The notes under the pieces: generated by a model
Seen by the model: only the letters and a program-made list of their open reading frames with translations
The model's database searches: none
Told to the model about the DNA's origin: nothing
Made by a program: the position numbers and the translations under genes
Assembly: GCA_051599415.1 (NCBI GenBank)
Contig: AP039689.1
Location: 434,001 to 498,000 of the forward strand
DNA length: 64,000 bases
DNA from: Savitreella phatthalungensis
Lineage: Eukaryota
Direction of reading: 5' to 3'
Shown: positions 58,292-64,000 of the stretch, piece by piece
How positions within the stretch are numbered: the first letter of the stretch is position 1
Layout of the letters: the number at the start of each line of letters is the position of its first letter

Positions 58292-58816
58292 TTAGTTCCT
58301 AACGACGAGTCGGAAGCAGTCTGTGTCTATGTAATAGTTTCCGCCGCCGTCTGAGGCTGGATCGCGTTTGAGAGTGAAAATTTGAGAGAATCCTCGTGCT
58401 GTATGTTCGTCGTCGTACTTCACGCTGCCCGAAGTAGCCACGATGATATCGACCTTTTCGTCGGCGGCTGGGTCGACGATACCAGCGTGAACACCACCGC
58501 CGGCGCCTCCAGGCACGAGAGGGTGGCAGTCGAAGCAGCCGATTTCGTGCTCGCTTCGTCTTGGCAAATTCGATGCGTCAGAGCTGTGCGTAGCTCCGCC
58601 TACACCATCGCCGCCAAGGAAGTAGCGAGTGAAGGCGGCTTCATCCTGTGCCGGCAAAGGCAGACCATTATGAACGACCCGCGAGTGTCTGCGATAGAGT
58701 TTAGGCACAATGTGTCTAGACGCGGTGGAATCGAGTGATTTATAATACAAGGATACGAATGACTCTGCACCCTTGGTTGTCAAGTCGATCGCAGCCTTCG
58801 TCGAATGATCTGACAT
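58292..58816 (-). CDS. NXT1: NTF2-related export protein Nxt1/p15
   Basis: AESFVSLYYKSLD, VVHNG, FDCHPL, TSGSVKY, FSQIFTL and YYIDTDCFRLV. Confidence 0.8.
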   Translation of the reverse strand: MSDHSTKAAIDLTTKGAESFVSLYYKSLDSTASRHIVPKLYRRHSRVVHNGLPLPAQDEAAFTRYFLGGDGVGGATHSSDASNLPRRSEHEIGCFDCHPLVPGGAGGGVHAGIVDPAADEKVDIIVATSGSVKYDDEHTARGFSQIFTLKRDPASDGGGNYYIDTDCFRLVVRN

Positions 58817-59214
58817 GTGTCTCGGACAGTATAACGTCTATGGTTGTTTATCCGGACTGTGTCTCTAGCATATGAACCAATATCTGATTTGCATATGCGT
58901 TGCATGTTTTCCAATTGAATCTATTAATCAGTTGGGTTGCGAAGACAAAACTCAAGAAATGCTGCCTTGTGCCACCGCATGATGAGCGCTTCGACTACTT
59001 GAATTGTACGTACAGCCTCAGCGTCCGAGGTCCATCAATGTTGTTCCTAAACTGCAACTCACGCCTCCGCACTCACATTCTCTTCATCTCTGAATGGAGT
59101 GCTATCTTCCGCTTCTGCCCACTTTGTCTTGTATCCATCATCTTTTGAATGCCTTAACATTCAGGTGGCCCAGAATGATTTGGCGTGCATCGATGGCTGG
59201 CCAATTCGTCAGCA

Positions 59215-60246
59215 TCAATGGACCAGAGAAGCAATCGCCAAAGGCGACCTGCGTGCTTGTCTAGTTTCGCTGTCATTTATGCTGCGTCTACGCTTTCCAC
59301 GGGCTGCCGCTGATGCCTCCCGGTCGCTTTCGAGCTCGCTGTACTCCTGGGAATTGTGGCTCAGAGAATCTTCATTATTGAAATCTCCTTTCGCCACAAC
59401 TTCGTCCTCGCATATTACTGGGTCCACAGGAGACTCGTTTCCGCCGGCGCGTTCTCTTTGAAGACGCGCTGGAGGCTCAAGCTTCTCAGGTCTTCCGTCA
59501 ACCTGCGCAGCAAGCTGCTTGAATTTCGCCAGATAGCGACGGTATTCCTGGTAGGCTGATGTGCGCCGGTAGGACGCAACGGCTGCGTCGTATACAGCCT
59601 TAGCCTCTGCAGCCTTGTGCTCATGTCTGTTTTTCTCTGCACGGTCCATATGTTTCCAGCGTTCTCCAACAATCTTAGCAAGCTCGGAGAACGAGCAGTC
59701 GGCGCCTTTTTTTTCTTCCCGAACTTGGTTGGAGAACAGAACGTAGGCAGATGGTGGCCTACTGGGTGCATTTTCATCCGGCTTCGGATGGCGTTTATAG
59801 CGCCGTTTAGAGCTGTATAGGCCAGCCCGCGGAAGGTTCAATTCGCCTCGATGAAATGAAGTCGTGGGCGTCGGCCTGATTTCCAGGGAGTCTGCGGCGT
59901 TTGCGCGCAGACGCTGCTGTTTGTGCACTTCCCCGGCAACCGCCGAACTTTCAAGTGGCTCATGCAGATGAATGCCCCGTAGAGAAGCAGCATACCGCAT
60001 CAGGACGCGTCGATGGCCGAGTAGGATACCGAGCGCCTCGAAATCACTTTCGGAAGCATCGAAGATCGTTTGCCAGTTATTGAAGCCGTAGTGGTACAAA
60101 CTATTCCTGGTCAGCCAATTTGCTCGTTTCTCATCAATTTTGGCACAGTACCGTTCGACGTATCTGCCCAGACCGAGCTGATGCAGATCCGTATCAAAGT
60201 CGTCTCTTGAAGAGTGTGTCGCCGGACCGGAAAATGGCGTTGACAT
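59215..60246 (-). CDS. SAM-domain plus HMG-box protein; probable in-frame intron 60101-60151
   Basis: SAM-like LGLGRYVER/LYHYGFNNWQTIFDASESDFEALGILLGHRR and HMG box KRRYKRHPKPDENAPSRPPSAYVLF...AKIVGERWK. First ATG at 60246. Confidence 0.87.
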   Translation of the reverse strand: MSTPFSGPATHSSRDDFDTDLHQLGLGRYVERYCAKIDEKRANWLTRNSLYHYGFNNWQTIFDASESDFEALGILLGHRRVLMRYAASLRGIHLHEPLESSAVAGEVHKQQRLRANAADSLEIRPTPTTSFHRGELNLPRAGLYSSKRRYKRHPKPDENAPSRPPSAYVLFSNQVREEKKGADCSFSELAKIVGERWKHMDRAEKNRHEHKAAEAKAVYDAAVASYRRTSAYQEYRRYLAKFKQLAAQVDGRPEKLEPPARLQRERAGGNESPVDPVICEDEVVAKGDFNNEDSLSHNSQEYSELESDREASAAARGKRRRSINDSETRQARRSPLAIASLVH

Positions 60247-62875
60247 GGTCTTGGCAGGTTGCAGGCGTGTTAATTTTGATGGCCCAGGCTCCGCCACTTT
60301 CCAGATTTAACGTCCAAATGATGCCATAGATGCTATCTTTCGGACTCCTTCCTTGCGTCTTGCTTCTGCCCAGTCAGCAGGCAGCCTTATGTTAGTTCCT
60401 TCTCCCACCGCAATCCCACGATGCCCCGCCTGATGCCCTATTTCGAGAGATTTCCTGTGGTCCGTCAAGCAGTCCCAGTAACTTGACTCTATCTCTTCTT
60501 ATTGAACGACAAGGACAGGTGCCGGGCTGCAAGACTCGGTGCTATTGACAGGCCAAGGGCCGGTGAGAGGATTCGATCGCGCCGCTCTGGCTGTCAGAGG
60601 TTGATGAACTGTTGATAGAATTTGAGCGGGCGCACACTGAAAGAGATCGAATCTCCCTTGGCTGTTCCTTCTCGCGGTGTTGCGGATGAGGGGAGTCTAC
60701 TCAGATATAGGAATCTCGACCGATGTATTCCAGCCGAGTGTCACAAAGCGTTGTTGATGTGTAGGTAAAGCAGATAGACCTGATGATGTGCGGCGAGAGT
60801 TTAAAGTAGTAAGATAGATTAGAAGTTTGCGTGTGTTTACAGTGTGATCGTTGACAGATGTGGCTCAACAGGGGAAGCGACCCCGGCGACTCGCAAGTGG
60901 AGTTGTAATCGACCACAGCACAAGCTGGACTTTAAGCCGCGCGACTCAGCACGTTCTAAGCGCAATAGGCTAACAACTTTCGCCACTCTCGAAGCGCTGG
61001 CACTGTGCTGTCGCACACAAACTGGGATCTGAAGATCTATGGGTTCACGAGATCATTCGAGCCAGGAGGATCTCAGCAATCACGTTGCAGCAGCTGCTGC
61101 ATTCCATTGCCGGACCGCCTAGTGCTCCCTCTAGCGCTTTTACATCAGCGCATTCCAACCGTAATGCTTATACCGGCAGCTTGGATCCTGTCGACGGGAT
61201 CTGGATCAGCCCGTAATGCGGCGCGACCTCGGATACTGCGGATAGCGTATCAGCAAGCCCGAGACAGTTTGCCCCAGCCAGCTCGATAGAATTGTTTCTT
61301 TTGATGTGAAAAGAGGCTAGAGACGACGGAAAATCGAGAAATTCATGATTGACCGTAAAAATCGATTAATCAATTGTGCGTACAGTCCCGACATGTACAC
61401 GTGTGTATGCACTCAGAGGATTTTAACCCGGCCGCAACCATTATCAGTCACAGACCCCCCGAGACAAAATCACAATCGTTGGTGACTTTTACAAGCTATA
61501 GCGCTTGTCAAGTGCCATACCTGCAGGCACACCAGAAGCAACAATTTAATAAGTCGACGGATAAGTCTCAAGAGGCCGATGCGGAGAAGACTAAATCGAG
61601 TAACGGCTATCATTTCTGGATCGAAACTATCCTTCCCCCCCCCCCCCCACCCACCCACCGGAAAATTCTCATCGTGGATCTTGAACATCTTTGTAGAAAT
61701 CGCCGCGAGCGGATGATTTTCTCTGTTTTGCAGAGGTGCTCTCGATTTCATTGGTTGGGCAATGTCAACATTGTGCATGCACATGTCAAGAAACGTCAAT
61801 ATCGCGACGATGCAATCTAATATCGGTCAAATTGCCCCTAGCAATCGCCAGCTCTGTGCTGGGATGAGTATCTCTCTAAGCTGGAACGTAAATTTAGGGT
61901 AATTTACACCCAATCAAAACTCATAACAGTATGACTACGCTTCATTTGGATTGAATTCAATCATGTACTTTACTCATTTGTCCGTGTCTGGTATAGATTA
62001 ATTTCATTGCCCTTCCGAATACCGTCGGGAAAACAGAAATTCATTATGAAAATATTGCAATCGTGTTCGTGGATGGATTCATACGAAGTCATCGAGACTC
62101 AAACTGTCGAGTTCAGCTTCCGTGTAGCTGTGGCTTGGGTGAGATTTAAGGTTGATTGACGGTTCGTCCGGTGGGGCAGACGAAACGGGGTGTCTGTAGC
62201 TGATTGTGGTACGCAGTGATACTGTTGATTTGCGCCACCGCGAGCTTTCATGGTCGCCGACGTTGCCAAACGCCGATAACCTGCCGAGAAAAGCGCGAGA
62301 ATTGTAAATCGAAAGGTTCAAGAGAGACAGTCTGGATATTCAGAACCTCTCGTCTCTGTCAAGGAATTGTACTCCGTCTGCAATATAGACGTACATTGAC
62401 GGGCTCAAAACAAGACACAGGCCAGTGTCACTTCAGACGTCATTTTATCTCCTGCGTCTGCGTCACGAGCTCCGGCGGGCTTGAGGCAAAGGAGGTATCA
62501 CGCTTGTATTTTTGTAATGGAAAGACGGCATGTCATCGAAACGATCGAGACGTCCGCGCACTCAGTGTTTGAGGCATCTACACAATGACAAAAATTTCGA
62601 CGTTTCCTAGCTTTTGGACGAACAGTGCCAAGACGGCGCTGAGTCGGGCAACGACGTGCCCTATCGTGGCTCTGAAGAGCTGTGCACGACCATCGTGATC
62701 ACATACTAAGAGCGATCCGACGACCTGCAGAATCGCATGCAAAGCTAGTCTTTATGAGAGCGCCTCAAGCACGAGTTTATATAAACGCATATGATATCTG
62801 ATAAGTACGGTTAGGTCGAGTCGTGAAGAAACTAAATTGAGGCTAACAGTTTGGAGCATTAATCATCGGCTCGAA

Positions 62876-64000
62876 TTACAACAGGCACAACTTTGTCGTG
62901 CTGCCCAAAATCGTCAGTTTGCAGACGCCCACAAGGCACTGTGATGTGTCTGAGCATTCCTGATTAAGCCCGAGAGTCGGTGCGCCGGTGCCGGTCGATC
63001 CGGTGCCGGTGCCAGTCCCACTACCAGCTCCGGAGCCGGCATTGCTCGTTGGAGTGCCGGTGACCGTGACAAAGCCGGAAGACGCCGTGGTAGTGGCAGG
63101 AAGCTGTGCGCAAGTGCCGCCAGTTCCAAGCCCGGCGACGTTGAGTCCAAGGCAAAGACCGAGGCCCGCGGATTGGCACTGAGCATCAGACGTGCATGGA
63201 TCACCGACTTTCAGTGGTGTCCCAGTAACACCAGGAATCAGCGCGGAGGATGATGGCAGAACCTGTACGCAGACTCCTAGAATGCTCGTGTCTAGCACAT
63301 TCAGGCCAACACAGACACCGAGTCCTGCATTCAGGCAGTCCTGATTTGAACGACAGCCTGTGCCGATGATTGGGGACGAAGTGGATCCAGCTGCTGTGCC
63401 TGTCGTGGTCATAGGATTGTTTGAGGGTGAACCAGTCGTGCCAGTAGCAGTGTTAAGATTACCACCAACTGGCAAGCCACCGATAGCTGAGCCAGAAGGT
63501 GCAGCTGTGGGTAGGCCTGAGATGTTGATTACCGGACTGCTTGAGGATAGACCCACCTGTGCGCAAGTGCCAGCAGTAATAAGGCCATTGACATTCAAGC
63601 CTAGACAAAGTCCAAGTCCAGCAGCCTGACATTGGGCATCCGAAGTGCATGGCGAACCGATGGAGATCGGAGCAGTCGGGGCGGCAGTCGCGCCCGAAGA
63701 AGCGCTGCTTGGGGCGAGCTGAGCACATGTGCCAAGAATGCTCGAGTCCAGGACATTGAGGCCAAGGCAGAGGCCCAGTCCTGCATTGAGACAATCTTGG
63801 GTATCGCGGCATCGCACACTAGTGGAAGATGTCCCGGTAGGTGCGGCGGAGCCCGTGCCAGATCCACCGGAACCGCCGCTGAAACCAGGAGTCATGCTGC
63901 CTGTACCGCTGCCGGTATTGCCATTCCCGGCACCCGGGGATGTGGTGCTTGAACTTGGTGGCAAAGCCGCGCACGAACCTGCCACTACAAGTCCATTGAG
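62876..64000 (-). CDS. Ser/Thr/Gly-rich protein with repeated 4-Cys modules (5' partial), probably extracellular
   Basis: Frame stays open to the window edge (LNGLVVAGSC...). It has four C-x5-C-x2-AGLG(L/V)C(L/V)GLNV-x6-G-x-C modules and a terminal 4-Cys module, separated by S/T/G/P linkers. Confidence 0.85.
   Translation of the reverse strand, partial: LNGLVVAGSCAALPPSSSTTSPGAGNGNTGSGTGSMTPGFSGGSGGSGTGSAAPTGTSSTSVRCRDTQDCLNAGLGLCLGLNVLDSSILGTCAQLAPSSASSGATAAPTAPISIGSPCTSDAQCQAAGLGLCLGLNVNGLITAGTCAQVGLSSSSPVINISGLPTAAPSGSAIGGLPVGGNLNTATGTTGSPSNNPMTTTGTAAGSTSSPIIGTGCRSNQDCLNAGLGVCVGLNVLDTSILGVCVQVLPSSSALIPGVTGTPLKVGDPCTSDAQCQSAGLGLCLGLNVAGLGTGGTCAQLPATTTASSGFVTVTGTPTSNAGSGAGSGTGTGTGSTGTGAPTLGLNQECSDTSQCLVGVCKLTILGSTTKLCLL

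Noticed and set aside
22117..58816. Co-occurrence of SDH6 with SDH8, and of MEX67 with NXT1, in one window
   Set aside because: Each pair is ~25 kb apart with many unrelated genes between them. This is consistent with chance unless synteny shows otherwise.

Overview
A gene-dense, intron-poor fungal chromosomal segment. It is inferred to be ascomycete and plausibly Taphrinomycotina, from gene content and short GT-AG introns with CTGAC branch sites. About 28 protein-coding genes are supported, mostly conserved housekeeping genes: a Ppk16-like kinase, an M16 peptidase, ASN1, CCP1, an alcohol acetyltransferase, DGA1, MTFP1, SDHAF1, MEX67, END3, PRP28, 14-3-3, COX23, CSA/Rad28, IRC20/SHPRH, SDHAF4, an Eis1-like protein, MND1, a TBC Rab-GAP, NXT1 and several transcription factors. 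Manual splicing recovers genes or exons the ORF track misses: the kinase, COX23, MND1, a 99-aa three-exon membrane microprotein, and the first exons of MEX67, MTFP1 and the acetyltransferase. Four items stand out. (1) A candidate amine-utilisation cluster of copper amine oxidase, Zn2Cys6 regulator and APC permease, with GATA sites. (2) An unusually long, structured MEX67 intron with box C/D-like elements and an immediate in-frame stop if retained. (3) A hairpin-rich 308-bp solo LTR with a 5-bp TSD inserted into a 14-bp tandem array. (4) A Cys-rich protein built from alternating A/B repeat modules that runs off the right edge. No rRNA, convincing tRNA or CRISPR array was seen. All family assignments are from motif recognition, not database searches.
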